Assembly: GCF_000143415.4 (NCBI RefSeq)
Contig: NW_003314310.1
Coordinates: 676,611 to 740,610, forward strand
Direction: 5' to 3'
Origin: Selaginella moellendorffii
Lineage: Eukaryota > Plantae > Lycopodiophyta
Length of the DNA: 64,000 bases
Positions 45,800-58,177 of the stretch are shown piece after piece. The notes under the pieces were generated by a model that was not told the origin of the DNA, made no database searches, and saw nothing but the letters and a program-made list of their open reading frames with translations. Positions within the stretch are counted from its first letter, which is position 1. The number at the start of each line of letters is the position of its first letter. The position numbers were made by a program, and so were the translations under genes.

Positions 45800-47060
45800 T
45801 CACAGCACTAGCTTTTCAGCCTTGAGCGCCACAGACACCAGCCCAGGAATGCAGACCTGGAGGCCGACGTCCACAGAGTCACGCTTCGATCCAGCACGCT
45901 GTCAGAGAGAAATGCCTGCTGTGGGGCTAAGAGGGCATCCCAAGAGAACATGTCCTGCTCGGGGAGGCTCGTCAACCTTGCCATGTCGTGCAAACACCCG
46001 TCAAACGCGTCCTTGGCTCGGGCCAGGTCGCGGTCGGCACAAGCGGTGATCATGGCTATCGGCATGGCATCGAACAGCCTTGTGGCGTCATCTATGCAGC
46101 CGCAGTTTGCAAACACCACTAGCATCGCCGACCACGACACGAGGCTCCTCTCGGGCATGCCATCGAACAGGTGGTGGATCAAGCGTCATAGTCGGCGGCA
46201 GTGACACTATATAAGTTCAAGGCATCCAGGGCCTCATCGTCTATCATAGTGGGAGTGGGAGAATTATCAGCAGCTGGCAGCTCAACACATGGCCGCCACT
46301 GATAGTGTCCCATGACGCTGGACAACGATCAAAGATGTCTCAGCTAGTTCCTGGTTTTCTCAAGCCGATCTTACAGTCTTCCTCTGGGAACCTCCACAGC
46401 GTCAACAACGTTTCTCATCGTCTATTCCAGCCACACCAGCAACATTTCATGCCAGGAAGTCACGGGATCTCAACTCTAGACTTTCGAGGACTTGGAGGAG
46501 AGGAGTCGGGAGACAGGGAGAAGCTCTAGAGGCCGCTCAGCCACTAGTATATGGATCGCAAGACTTTCCAGGAACAGCGGCAGCAACGGTTCTTCCTTTG
46601 GCAAACATGAGTGGAAGTCTTGTTCCGGGAAGCGGCCAGGATCCAAGGTTGTTTCAGGAGCAGCGGAGACGACTGTCTGGGCAGCTGGAGATGGATCCCA
46701 GGAACTTCGCCGACGGCATGAGAAGGGAGGATTTCTGAGGCCAACTCTCGAATCGGTCTGAATCTGGGTGTGACGCTAGCGAGGGCCCCGAGCAAATTCC
46801 CCGGGAGCTCAAGCACCACTGTGTAGGCGTAAGGATGCAAGGCGGATTTGAGTGGAGCAAAGCACTATCACCGTCAACACAAAGTGTGTGAATTGCGGGG
46901 CCTCCTCCACAAGCCCCTGCCTCGAGTATGCAGCATGCAGCGTGTTCCACGCCACAAGGTTTTGATCAAACACCTCCTTCCCGATGCCGCCTCGTCTCGT
47001 GGAATCCGCTGCTTGTGGCATATGCCCAGCAAACCTTCACCTGGACGACGCTGCTCACGA
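45800..47060 (-). pseudogene. Degenerate PLS-class PPR pseudogene cluster
   Basis: LFDGMPERSLVSWSAMLVVFANCGCIDDATRLFDAMP, LPEQDMFSWDALL and KEVFDQNLVAWNTLHAAYSRQGLVEEA, with many deletions and frameshifts. Confidence 0.75.
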
Positions 47061-47399
47061 TGGGCTCTGAAGACCTTCCTGGCAGGCCGAATGGCAGTGG
47101 CGTCTCGCGCGGGAGAGGAAACATGTGGGTTAAGTCGATAATAAAATAATGCGAACCCGGTTGCTGAGGATTACGAATCACAAGTCCAAGGTTCGAATCC
47201 TTATCAAAAGAAACTAAAACGCACTGAGAAGAACCACATCAAATTCCCATGGACGCAAAGCCTTGTCGCCCACGAAAGAATGGCAGTGACAAGAAGAGGA
47301 AATTTTGCCTTGTCATTTAAAGGCACAAAGATTCTTTTGGCGCTCGACGGATGGATGCATTTCCTTCGACCCGCGCTCCACAGGTACTGCCACAGATTG

Positions 47400-47730
47400 G
47401 GACAATGCCAGGTTCACAGCACAAACTGTTCAGTAGAGCTCCTTTCAGGGTTGAAATCCTGCGGGAGCTCCAATGATTTAGAGAGGGGAATCGCGCCATC
47501 CAAAGCGGGGTTTGCTCCAATCCCTACACTTCTTGCAGCTTGATTGGCATGTATGGGAGGTGTGGCAGCCTGGTTGAGGCGAGGAGGTGTTTGACAGGAT
47601 GCCTTGCCACAATGTAGAACGCTTTCATCTTGGGACACGCAGAGAACTGGAAGCCTTCTCATGCCAGGGCTCTGCACCTGGATTCCCCTGCATCTTCGCG
47701 GCCATCAAGGCTTGCTCGGCTCTAGCGGCT
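47400..47730 (+). pseudogene. Degenerate PLS-class PPR fragment
   Basis: SLIGMYGRCGSLVEARR-(frameshift)-VFDRMPCHNV, plus LKSCGSSNDLERG and FAAIKACSALAA. Confidence 0.75.
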
Positions 47731-49979
47731 GAGACTCATTGGTGGGAAGATGATCAAACTGAAAGCTCTGGAACAAGGCATGAGAATCCCCTGCCGAGCT
47801 AAGTTTTGGAAGTGACGAGCCCGAGGTCTTCAAGCTCGGACAGCTACAGGAGGTTTAACGAGCTCTTGAGTAGCTGCCACAGCACCCAGACGCTCGTCTC
47901 TGGGAAGCTCACAAGCTACTTTTTGGTGTTTTTTGACACAACTACTTGCAACTTTGTAACTGTATTCATCTCTTTTCAAGGAAACCACAGGGTAGCTTTG
48001 TGTAGATCCTCCGGTTTTGCCACTGCCAAAGTGTAAACTTCCATCTAACGTTGTTCTCATGGCATTGCAAAAACAAAAAGAAGTTAGAGAAACCATAAAG
48101 AAAACTATAGAGAACATAGACCTGGAAGGTTGAAGCCTCTAGCCCTTTTGGGCGTTGTCCAGTTCGTTGAACATACATTTTGGTTAGAATAAACAGTTCA
48201 CGAACCGATGTCCGTTTCGTTGAACAGCAAACAGAACAAACAGTATACGAGTGAGCGTCTTTCACGCTATGATCACTGTGCTTTCATGGAGTTTTCATGG
48301 TCATTGAGGTTGGACCATTGTCATGTACGTCTTCAGCTGGATTGAGGTTCTGAAGATCGCAAGCGACGTTGTTTCTCAGCTCGCAGGTCTTGCGTTGAGC
48401 GCAGCAACAACATAACTCAAAGCGTTGACAATCACGTTGACACAAAATATCTCCAATTTCGTAGCATTATTCTTCTTGGCCGACATGGCGTTTTTCAGTT
48501 CTTATCGTCATTGAGCAGGCGACTTGGCTTGTTCATGGCAAGAAATTAGAACCAATTGAAACACACGCAAACCTGAAGCTAAGTATTGTCAACTTTCAAT
48601 GATCGTTTGTATTGTCCACATCCTTGGCCCATTGTTTTGCACTTTGATTTTCTGAGTTGCAATCATCTTCAAACGTTGAGAGTTTCAACACAAATTCCTG
48701 ATCGCCACTAGCCTTTCTTTCATTGTTGATCATACCTCAGCTCGTTGTAAGCAGCTTTGCTTTCTTTACTCGCTTATTGCTCATGCAAAGAAAAGCCCTA
48801 CCTAAACGAACTTACCGTGCGAAGCAGCCTACCTGGGCAGAGTGGACCAGGCAGCAACCCCAACCCCAACCCCAACCCCAAGACATCTCGTCCGTGACGT
48901 CTACCATCACTGCTCTAGCCCTTCAACAATGAACCCTAAACTTGGCAGCAAAAAAAGGGGAAAACGAAAACAACTGGTCCAAACGAAGTAACTTAATTAG
49001 TTGTCACGGGGATGAGGAATTCTCGGACAGCCTGCTGGATGGCTTGTGGACACTTGTGTTGTACTTTTGGTGGTCCTAAGCAAATTGAAAGAGCACAATA
49101 TCCACCTTGGGGAGAAAGAGCCATGATCATGAATTTGATGTTTCTAGCATTGTGTTCACGAGATTTGATCTTTCTTACTGATTAAACATTTTTTTGGCTT
49201 CATCTTGTGCTATAAAGAACTTTTTAAGATGGGGAAGTGGACTTTGCACAATGTATGTAATGAAAGGTGTCAAAGACACTTTAGAAATTGACTTCAAGGA
49301 GTCAAGATTAAAAATTCCAAAGTGCAATGGTTATATTAATAGAAATTAAAACTACTCGAGAATAAGCAGTGGGATTGAGATAGATAAAGTGTCTTTAACA
49401 GGTTTCATCCACAACACCATGTCTACATCTCCAATCTGCATGAAGCTCGCCAGCAAAATGCATTCCTTGTCCACAGCCGAGTAGGAGTTAAACAATTCAC
49501 AAGCTTCTTTAACGAGTAGTCACAAAACTTGCTTCTTGCCATGCTTGTGAGAGATTTATAACATTCAGTTAGATCATCTGGCAGTCCAGATCTCTTTCAG
49601 TGTCTTTCCTTAGATCATCCGAGCTAGAGTCGACTGGTTCAAGTCCACCTCAAGGCTTTCGGCTGGTGACATGACCTCACACAATGTCTTGGTGTCTAGC
49701 AGCTCATTGAAAAACTTCAAACAGATTTGCTAAAGCTTAAATTAGGGTTATGTTGGAAAAGTTTGGACATAAAAGAAATGGAATGAATTTGCTCTCTTGA
49801 GGTGGAGTAATGGTAATCATTCTTCTTTATGATCTTGATTATAAACGGTTTGCTTGTTAAGAAATATAATCATTTTCCACCTCTCCAATTTCTTGATTAA
49901 TGGCTAGGACTAGAATTCTATGATGGGTCATGCATTCTCCTTGTAATCTTGTGATACACCCAAGTTTTCATTCCTCTAA

Positions 49980-50160
49980 GACAACAAGAGATCCCTTCTA
50001 TTCAAATAGACAACACAGTGTGGAAAGTGGCAAACACAAAGACGACAAGAGATCCCTTCTATTCAAATAGACAACACAGTGTGGAAAGTGGCAAACACAA
50101 AGACGACAAGAGATCCCTTCTATTCAAATAAACAACACAGGCAAACACAAGAGATGACAA
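49980..50160. repeat. 61-bp tandem repeat, two full copies plus a deleted third copy
   Basis: GAC(A/G)ACAAGAGATCCCTTCTATTCAAATAGACAACACAGTGTGGAAAGTGGCAAACACAAA at 49980-50040 and 50041-50101, with a partial copy from 50102. Confidence 0.9.
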
Positions 50161-50684
50161 ACTTGAAACATTATGTAGTTCAAAGAATGGCACCACCATC
50201 TTGTGATCGAGCAAGTGAGAAGTGTAACTCACAGCATGTAGAGTTTGTAAATTCTCTTCTGGCCCCCAGATTTTATAATATTCCTCTAGAATAGTATCAC
50301 AGGACTCAAAACATAAAACAAACAATATCATTTACACCCTAAACCAACCCAGCGAAGGGTAATTGTTTGGTTATAAAGGCCTAGTTCATTTACAAAATTC
50401 TGCAAAAAGTTTTTCCAAATGTCAAAAATTCAATAGGTTACATTCTTCACAAAAGTGTTTGCATTTCATATTAAATACACATGCTGATATGTTATGAAGG
50501 CCACGGACTGGATCTGGAGGACCTCCATCTTCATATAGTGATGCTGGATCCTGAACGCTATCGTCCAAAGAGAGCTCTCCTCTATTTGAAGACGTAGACA
50601 ATGCAAGGAGGAAAAATCATTTTTCAAACAAGATAACCAAAGTTAAAAAGTTTTCTGTTTAGGTAAGGGTTTTTCTGAGTGGAA

Positions 50685-52050
50685 ATGGCGATAACAGGTG
50701 ATAGAGTTGTGAAGCTGGTGGGAAGAGCCCTCCAAGCCAGAGGATCTCCAGGGGAGAGGCCACTCACAGTCCTGATTGGCGGCACCCAGGTAGACCTCCC
50801 TTTCCTCCTCGCCAAGGTGAAAGATTTTGGTGGGTACACCAAGGCCAGTGGTGCCAGGAAGTGGGGCACTGTGGCCACCTCCATGGGCTTACCCCCGCAT
50901 TGCGGCCCCAGCGTCAAGCTCGTCTATCTCAAATACCTCAAGAGCTTGGAGAGTGGCCACATCTTCAATGCAAATGCCACCAAAAATGTGGAGGCTCCTT
51001 CACTCGCATCCACTGCTGCTCTTCCAGAGGCTCTCTCCTATCTGAGAAGATTGGCTCTAGATCCAGGGAATGCCACGCACAGCGCTCCAGAGAATGGTGA
51101 GTTTCGAGCAACTGTGAAGGGGGTCTTGGGCGGCCTCCGGAGGAAAGAGGAAGAAGAACAACACCTCCATCACCACCATGTAGAGGTATAGTGTATAGTT
51201 TAGAGTGTGATCATTCGACTCTCTCACTTACGTGAGTATACAGCGACCAGGACGGCGAGGAGTGAGTTCCATAACTTCCAAGTACAGCCTTCGTTCCTAC
51301 AGGCACGAAAATGGCCAGCTCTTATCGCTCCCGACGACCAAGAAAGTTTCTATCCGCATAGGACCCAACTTCCAAGCTCAAGTTCCTGCCGTTGTGACTG
51401 GGAGTGACGAGGATTCGACGCTCTTTTCCGGTAGAGTAGTGTGGCCGCGAGGGAAGGAAGTCGGCACTGGTAGTAGTAGTAATAGTATTTGCGTGGAGGG
51501 AGGATCATGTGTGAAGCGGCGGATCGAGGAGCAACGCAGGAAGCTGGAGCTGGAGCTTGGAGAGGAAGTTTTTCGGGAGTGGGGATTCAACAAAATGGGA
51601 GAGAGTTTGGTGGAGTCAGCCAAGTGGAGCAGGCAAGAGGAGGCCGAGTTTACTGCTATTGTGAAGGAGTGCTGCCAAGGAGACAAGCTCTGGCCCGAGC
51701 TCCAAGCTTCTTTTGCTGGAAGGAGGAGTCGGGAAGATTTGGTAGACTACTTCTTCAACGTCTTCGTGCTGAGAAAGAGAGCCGTCCAGAACAGGAGCCA
51801 CGCATTTGATGCCGGTTCATGGCCGTCCGGGGGTATCTTGGAAGAGTTTGACAGCGATGAGCTTCTGTCGGAAGAAGTGGCGATCCAAAACTTTAGTTCT
51901 CTTGGCGATGGATTTGGATCGGAGTCCACCCGGCCGGCACTAATCCTCCAAGAGGCTAAACCGTGTGTGAAGCAATGCCAAGTCCCTTACGCAGTTCCTC
52001 CAGCATCTGGTGTTCCTGAAGCAAAGTCGTGTATTAAGTGCTCCTGCTGA
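50685..52050 (+). CDS. ARID/BRIGHT + ELM2 (+SANT-like) domain protein, plant ARID1/ARID2-like (2 exons, intron 51186-51243)
   Basis: ARID: VDLPFLLAKVKDFGGY...KWGTVATSMGL....SVKLVYLKYLKSLE. Linker YLRRLALDPG. ELM2: IRIGPNFQAQVP...VWP. Then LELELGEEVFREWGFNKMGE...WSRQEEAEF and SREDLVDYFFNVFVLRKRAVQNR. Confidence 0.88.
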
Positions 52051-53699
52051 GTAAAAATGAAGGCATTTACAAATTAGAAGTACTTTCTGCAAGAGTATAT
52101 ATTATTTGAATAAAAGTTTGAGGAGTAATTTCGTCCAACTTAGGTTTATATTTTAATTTTTAATGAACCTTTCAAAATTGTTGCGCTTGTGCTATTATTG
52201 AGTAGGTATTCAGCTGCTTGAGCACTTAGCTGATCACGCTCTAGGCACCTTCGATCATACTCGAGCAACAGCTAGGGCGCAGGTGCTACAAAGCTCCAGG
52301 CGGATGCTGACTACCCAGCGCACGGAAGGAAGGAAGGAGCTTGGTACAGGGTGTGCTGGCTCGAGGAAGGATCGATCGGGGGACTCAAGACCTCCTTTTC
52401 AAGGCAACTCTACCCCATAGAACTTTACGCAGTTGGCACACAAACAAACTTTGGGATGACATAAGGATCCAAACAGCACAGTTGAAAATCAATTTGGGGA
52501 GAATCTAAGCTATATTTCTAGACTTTGTGACGGGATGCTTAAGATCATGAATCGGAGAATACAAATGGTGGAATATGTTAGAATATACTTGGTGGGAAAA
52601 TTATAAATAGATGAAATTATTTAAAATTTATAAACACATCCAAAATTGAAATTGAAATAAAAAGTTCACTTATTATACCCAATATCAAGTTCATCAAAGC
52701 TTTGTTGTCAGGAAGCTTTGATACTAATTCTCCTACTCCATCTTTGATCATTAAAGAGAATAAACATAAGCTAAACTGGCTGCTCATTGATGGTGCAAAA
52801 TCAAGCTGCTTCCTTCCCCCACCTTCTTTCACTGTTGAGCTCCCAATACAGCCATGACCACACCCTAACAACTTTTTGTCTTTGTTCCTAGCTCTAAAAA
52901 GTATAAACTTACTGAAGTTGCTGAGCATGGCTTAGGATCGTGGCTTGCTTCTAAGGCTGGAATGTCCAAGAGATGCTGCTAGAGAAATCTGACCAGCTGT
53001 GCTGGGAATGCAGAGTGCACTAAAATTTAAAACAAATACTTGGTAAAGATGTTAAACTCCTGTTTAAAAACAATTCAAGGACTATTTTTCTACAGTCTTC
53101 ACTGGAAATAGAGAGGAAGCCGCTTGGGCATGTGTACAAAATCCTTGTGCAGAAGGGCATGCTTGCCTTGAATTCCACCAGTGGCTAGAGTTGGTGATTA
53201 CTGTTTGCTTAGATTAATCCAGAGAGAAAGCCCAAGCTTATTATCAAACCTGAAGTGGAGGCAGAGCAGGACGACAATTTATGATCCTAGTAGTGACTCC
53301 TCAAGGTCAATAGAAAAAAATGCCCCAAAACTATACAATCAAATCAATTGCATTCCTCCTCTTAGCCAATGTGCTAGTCTTCCATTGGCCAAGTATAACA
53401 TCTACAAAAATTTTCTTTTGACCATATACTGATCCTCTCCTAGGCCTATGATTTGATGGCTGCAAGCCTTTGTTTATTATAAAATATATAAAAGTATTTT
53501 CCCTTTCAGAAGATGAAAAGGTGATGACAATAAGTTAGATATCTATTAGGTGATTATAGATTACCATAAGAAACTAAAACTCTTATATAACCACCAACAT
53601 AATTCTTGATAACCATGACTAAAATAAAACCTAAAATTATAGCAGAAACATTAGTGATTGTAGAATCTTGATGAACTAGTTGCAACTTTATATATAATT

Positions 53700-54565
53700 A
53701 CCAAATGTTTGAACTAAATTCGAAACCATAACTTTGAACTAAAGCAAGGGACTTTAAGAGTTATTATAGTTTATAAAACACCATTGTAGGAACTAATACA
53801 TTCTATCTCTAAGTTTGTATGTCAGCCATCCTCTGAGGCTATTGTTAACTAAAACTCATGATCATTAACAGAATCACCCTTTATGTTTTTCTTTCGGTCA
53901 ACTTCCAAGACCTATGTTAACTTAGACTCACATCCTTCATTCTTATAAAAGTTTTAAAGACAATTTATAAAAGTTCAAATATAAAAGGAAAAGGTTTATG
54001 AACAACAATGCACCCTTTTTTCCAATTGCTTAATAGTTTTGAAATACTTGGGGTTAAACATCTTTGGGTTTGAGTGGTATTGAGTAGGTAACCTCATAAG
54101 AAGTCCAAATTCAGGAGCTTACATTTGGTATTAGAGAGGTCTTAAGTCTAAATTTGTTGGCTAACTAAAGGAATTACATCATATATTGAGATTAATATTT
54201 GGTAGTTTAGTTTTCTCTAGCTGAGTTATACCCGAGGGGTAAAGTGTTAAGAGAGTGGGGCTCTCGGGAAGTTATGACTTTCAGCTTTTATTCATGAAGC
54301 GTGAACTTGTAAAGAAGCATAGTGAATTATAAGCAACTAAAGATAATAACTCATAAGAGTTCAAATATAAAAGGAAAAGGCCTATGAATAATAATGCACC
54401 CCCTTTTCTAATTAGTTAAGAGTTTTAGAAAATAACTTAAAAGATGATACATAGAAGTTTAAATATAGAGGAAGAGGGTTTACTTCATTTTTTTTTCTAA
54501 TTAGTTAAGGGTCTTAGGATATTTAGGGTTAAATGTCTCTAAAAGTCTAAATTCAAGAGTTTTCA
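53700..54565 (+). mobile_element. Decayed non-autonomous LTR element (TRIM-like)
   Basis: Direct repeats AGTTCAAATATAAAAGGAAAAGG..TATGAA.AA.AATGCACCC at ~53971 and ~54357. Both repeat blocks end AAGTC(C/T)AAATTCA(G/A)GAG..T(A/T)CA (54123, 54565). PBS-like TGGTATTAGAG at 54126-54136 and purine tract GAGGGGTAAAG before TG at 54245. The left boundary is uncertain. Confidence 0.45.
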
Positions 54566-56974
54566 ATTCTCATCCAACATTGTATATGGGAGGTTGAACT
54601 CACTCCATTTGTTCTCCACACCTTCCTTAACCCTAAGAAAAAAAAAAGAAAAAAAGTTTTGAAGTATTGGCTTTATTTATATTTACTATACTTATCCTTA
54701 CTCTATAATTTATATTTCACTATCACATTTGTTTGGCCTCACTACATTGGGTTAGATGTTTTTATATAGTTCAGATTTGTTATGAATCCTCACTCCACAA
54801 TCTATGTCATTTATCCTTGCTTAACTATCATACTTGCTTGTCCTCACTCTATCATTAGGGTTAGACTCTTATTTGTCCCCTCTACCCCCTCCTCTGAAGA
54901 AAAAAAAGTTTAAGGTGTCAGAGCAAAAAAGAGAAAATTAAAAACATTAAGGAAGAAATATTATAGAAGAAGAAAAAGTGGATAAAGAAATATCAAAAGA
55001 GTAATTTTTAACTATTGTCAATGGGAAAATAGGGAAATAAGAAGAAGGAAATATGCATAAAGCTTAGATAATAAAGAATCTACTATTATATGAGATTCCA
55101 TCCAAGTAGAAAGGTTGGATAAGGGATATCATGTTATAAAATATTTTAGCCACTAGAAGATAAGGAAGAGACTTATATTGCTCAACTTCTTCAACACACA
55201 ACTCAACACTTGAGATAAGAAAAATAATAGAAAAACTCCTTAGTAGTAGTGGTAAGGTAAAGAGATTTAATAGCACTTATAACCAAAGAAATATACTTAG
55301 CTTGAAACTTTGGTAAAAGTGACTTAACCCTTGGAACAAAGGAATAATGAATATGAGAATTGATCAAAGACTTTACTAACAAAACAAAACAAATTCTCTT
55401 GCTTCACATATATGCTTAGTATTCAAATTAGTATAAAGACAATAGAAATACTAAATTCAACACCAAATTAAGAATGAGAATTATAAGAGTCATAAATTAT
55501 CGACATACAAGGAGAAAAAAATGCTATAAATAAGGAAAAAATTAAAAAATATGGAAGTGGTTCAAGCTAAAATATAAAAAAAGGTTGCAAAAGAGTAGAA
55601 GGCAATAAAAAAAGATTATATGACAAATTGAAGGATTGACACCTAGTTTGCAAAATCTATAATTTGTCCTCATAGTTATTTCTAAAGTAATCAAATTTTT
55701 CATCATTGTCAAGAATCCATTAAATTATATACATCATCTTCCCATAAGCTTGATCCTTGAACATTCTCCAAAAACTGGATTGCATCATTTATAATTTTTT
55801 AGTTGATGTCACAATCACACTCCATATTAGCAAGAGATGAATAACACTATATAATCAAGTCCCATGGAAGTTGGTCATGGCAACACATGAAGAATGGGTG
55901 TAACACTAATATGATTATGCCCTATAACACCAAAAGCTCAATCCAATGGAACAACAATAGCAGCCTCAAATAACAATACTTCTTCATCAATAATGGCATA
56001 ACATTGTAGAAGAAGAGAATGTAATAGAGATTGAAAAGGAAAAACTAATCTAATAACTACAATCCTAGATTTGGTGAAAAACTAACATAAATCTAGATCT
56101 AAAAAAGAATGAAGGAATAAAAATAAAAAGCACCATTTTGAACACTAAACAAAGCATTACTTAAAGGCTTTACCCTTTATAGTATTATGAGTGATGAGTG
56201 AAGATATATCTTACATGAATAAAACCTAATATATATACTTGAGTATGTGGATTTCATATAATCAAAATTACATGCACTAATACAAGGGATTACATTGAGA
56301 GAAAAATTATAAGGGTTCTACAAGACAAGAGTATCAATTGAGGCCTCACTATAAGGCCAACTAAGGTCTTTGTTTGCTTCATTTTCTCAACTCATACAAA
56401 CTTTTTAGAATTGTATCTTGGAAAAAAAAACTCTTTTAAAACTCTTTATGAAGGAGACTCTGTTTCATGTTAAAAATGAGGACCCTTTAGAATAAGTGTT
56501 ACACACTTCTATTTGGAAATCTTAGCAAATAACATGATTTTGTGTTATATATAGTTATGTGAAATGAATATATTCACTTCTTTCTTCTTAACTCTCTAAT
56601 AAATATTTTACTTTATGATTGATAATGCTCTAATTCAGTTTTATCAAGCTACTACTGTCCTAAATAGAGCTATTATCAAATACCAACAAGCTCACAATAT
56701 GTAAAGTCTTATAAAATCTAGATATCATCTACTTTTGACAAAACAATTGCAATATAGGACTCAAAATATCATAATTAGTGATGCTAAAGTATTTAAAAAA
56801 TTTTAAAAATAGAAAGGGAAAGGAAGAAACAAAAATAGAGTAGAAAAAAAAACTTTCTGAATCATGATATAACTTTGTCAACAACTTTGTCTTATTTCTT
56901 AGAATTTATAAGCTTTAATAATTTTAAAACTTTGGTCATTTTTATAGCTATAAGCTTCAATCATTTTTATAGCT

Positions 56975-57427
56975 ATGAAATTTAATTTATCTCTTATAAT
57001 TAAGCTTACTGTTATGATTATTTTCACTTATTGGAAAGATACTTACTGTTACTCTGTTGGATCCTTTCAAAATTGCATTACCACATTTCACATAAGAACA
57101 AATTATGATAGCTATTGTTCATGTATAAGCCAAGTGTGGTATAATTTTGCATTTAGCTTTACACCAGGTATTTATACTGCCCAAGTTGGAAGTTTAGGTT
57201 GTTTCTTTGTGGTTAGGCAATATCATGGATTAACATTTAATGACTTTCTAGAAGCTACAATGAACATATGGAATATATGTCTTGTAAATAATGACTCGGG
57301 AGGTGTTGTTAGACTACATGATGGGTCAATGTGCTTACGAGTGGAGCATTCAAGAGATGAGCTATTAGAGTTAGACTCATATACAAAATCATTGATGGTT
57401 CTCTTTTCATGTGATATTAATATTTAA
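56975..57427 (+). CDS. Small secreted Cys-rich protein, unknown family (paralog B, 150 aa, intronless)
   Basis: Intact ORF with a signal-peptide-like N-terminus. About half of the mature residues are identical to 42555-42992 by manual alignment, including six Cys. Confidence 0.8.
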   Translation: MKFNLSLIIKLTVMIIFTYWKDTYCYSVGSFQNCITTFHIRTNYDSYCSCISQVWYNFAFSFTPGIYTAQVGSLGCFFVVRQYHGLTFNDFLEATMNIWNICLVNNDSGGVVRLHDGSMCLRVEHSRDELLELDSYTKSLMVLFSCDINI

Positions 57428-58177
57428 TTATGTTAATTTCTATAATAAAAATAGTATTAAATTCTAAGAAATGAAGCTTCTGAAGCAATGACAATCTTCT
57501 TTCATAGTATTACTATGATGTCATTATCAATGTCATATCAGTGAGCTATCAGTAGTATATATGTTTAAAGGACACTACTGGATATACATAACTATTATAA
57601 AGACTCACACTAAAGTCTAATTTCCATTTTGTAGATTTAATATAAATATATAAGTAGCTTGAATTATTTTCCATTGAAAATAAGCACTAAGATTCATACA
57701 ATAGCTAGGTTTGGATGTCTTCTTCTGCAGCTTGCCAAAAAAAACCAAAGAACCAAGGGGAGGATTAGATAAAAAGCAATCCTTCCCAATGGAGTTGCCA
57801 AATGTTGAGAAGGGGAGCCTCTCAATGGTGGGGAGAACATTTTCATACTATAAAATCCAGTTTAAACATCTCTTTTATGTGAATTCTTTACGGTAGAAAA
57901 TGGGGAAGAAGGGGAATATACCTTTGTGCCCTAGCATCACCTTATGCCCTAAGAATATTCTGATAGTGGAATATTCTAAGGAATCCTACTTAAAGCTCTA
58001 TATCCTTCTAAAATTAATGTTTTGGCTTTATATTAGATTTTGAAGATGATTGAAAAAAAGTGTTAGTGCAATATAGATATTCGAAAATATAGTCTTTGTG
58101 ATCAAGTTTTATGTGTTCATTTTGCATTTTACAAATTTCAATATTATATATATAGGCATGATATTCAACACTTAGGT

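Noticed and set aside
49980-50160. 61-bp repeat array as a possible CRISPR
   Set aside because: The units are contiguous near-identical copies with no unique spacers, there are no cas genes, and the context is eukaryotic. It is an ordinary minisatellite.
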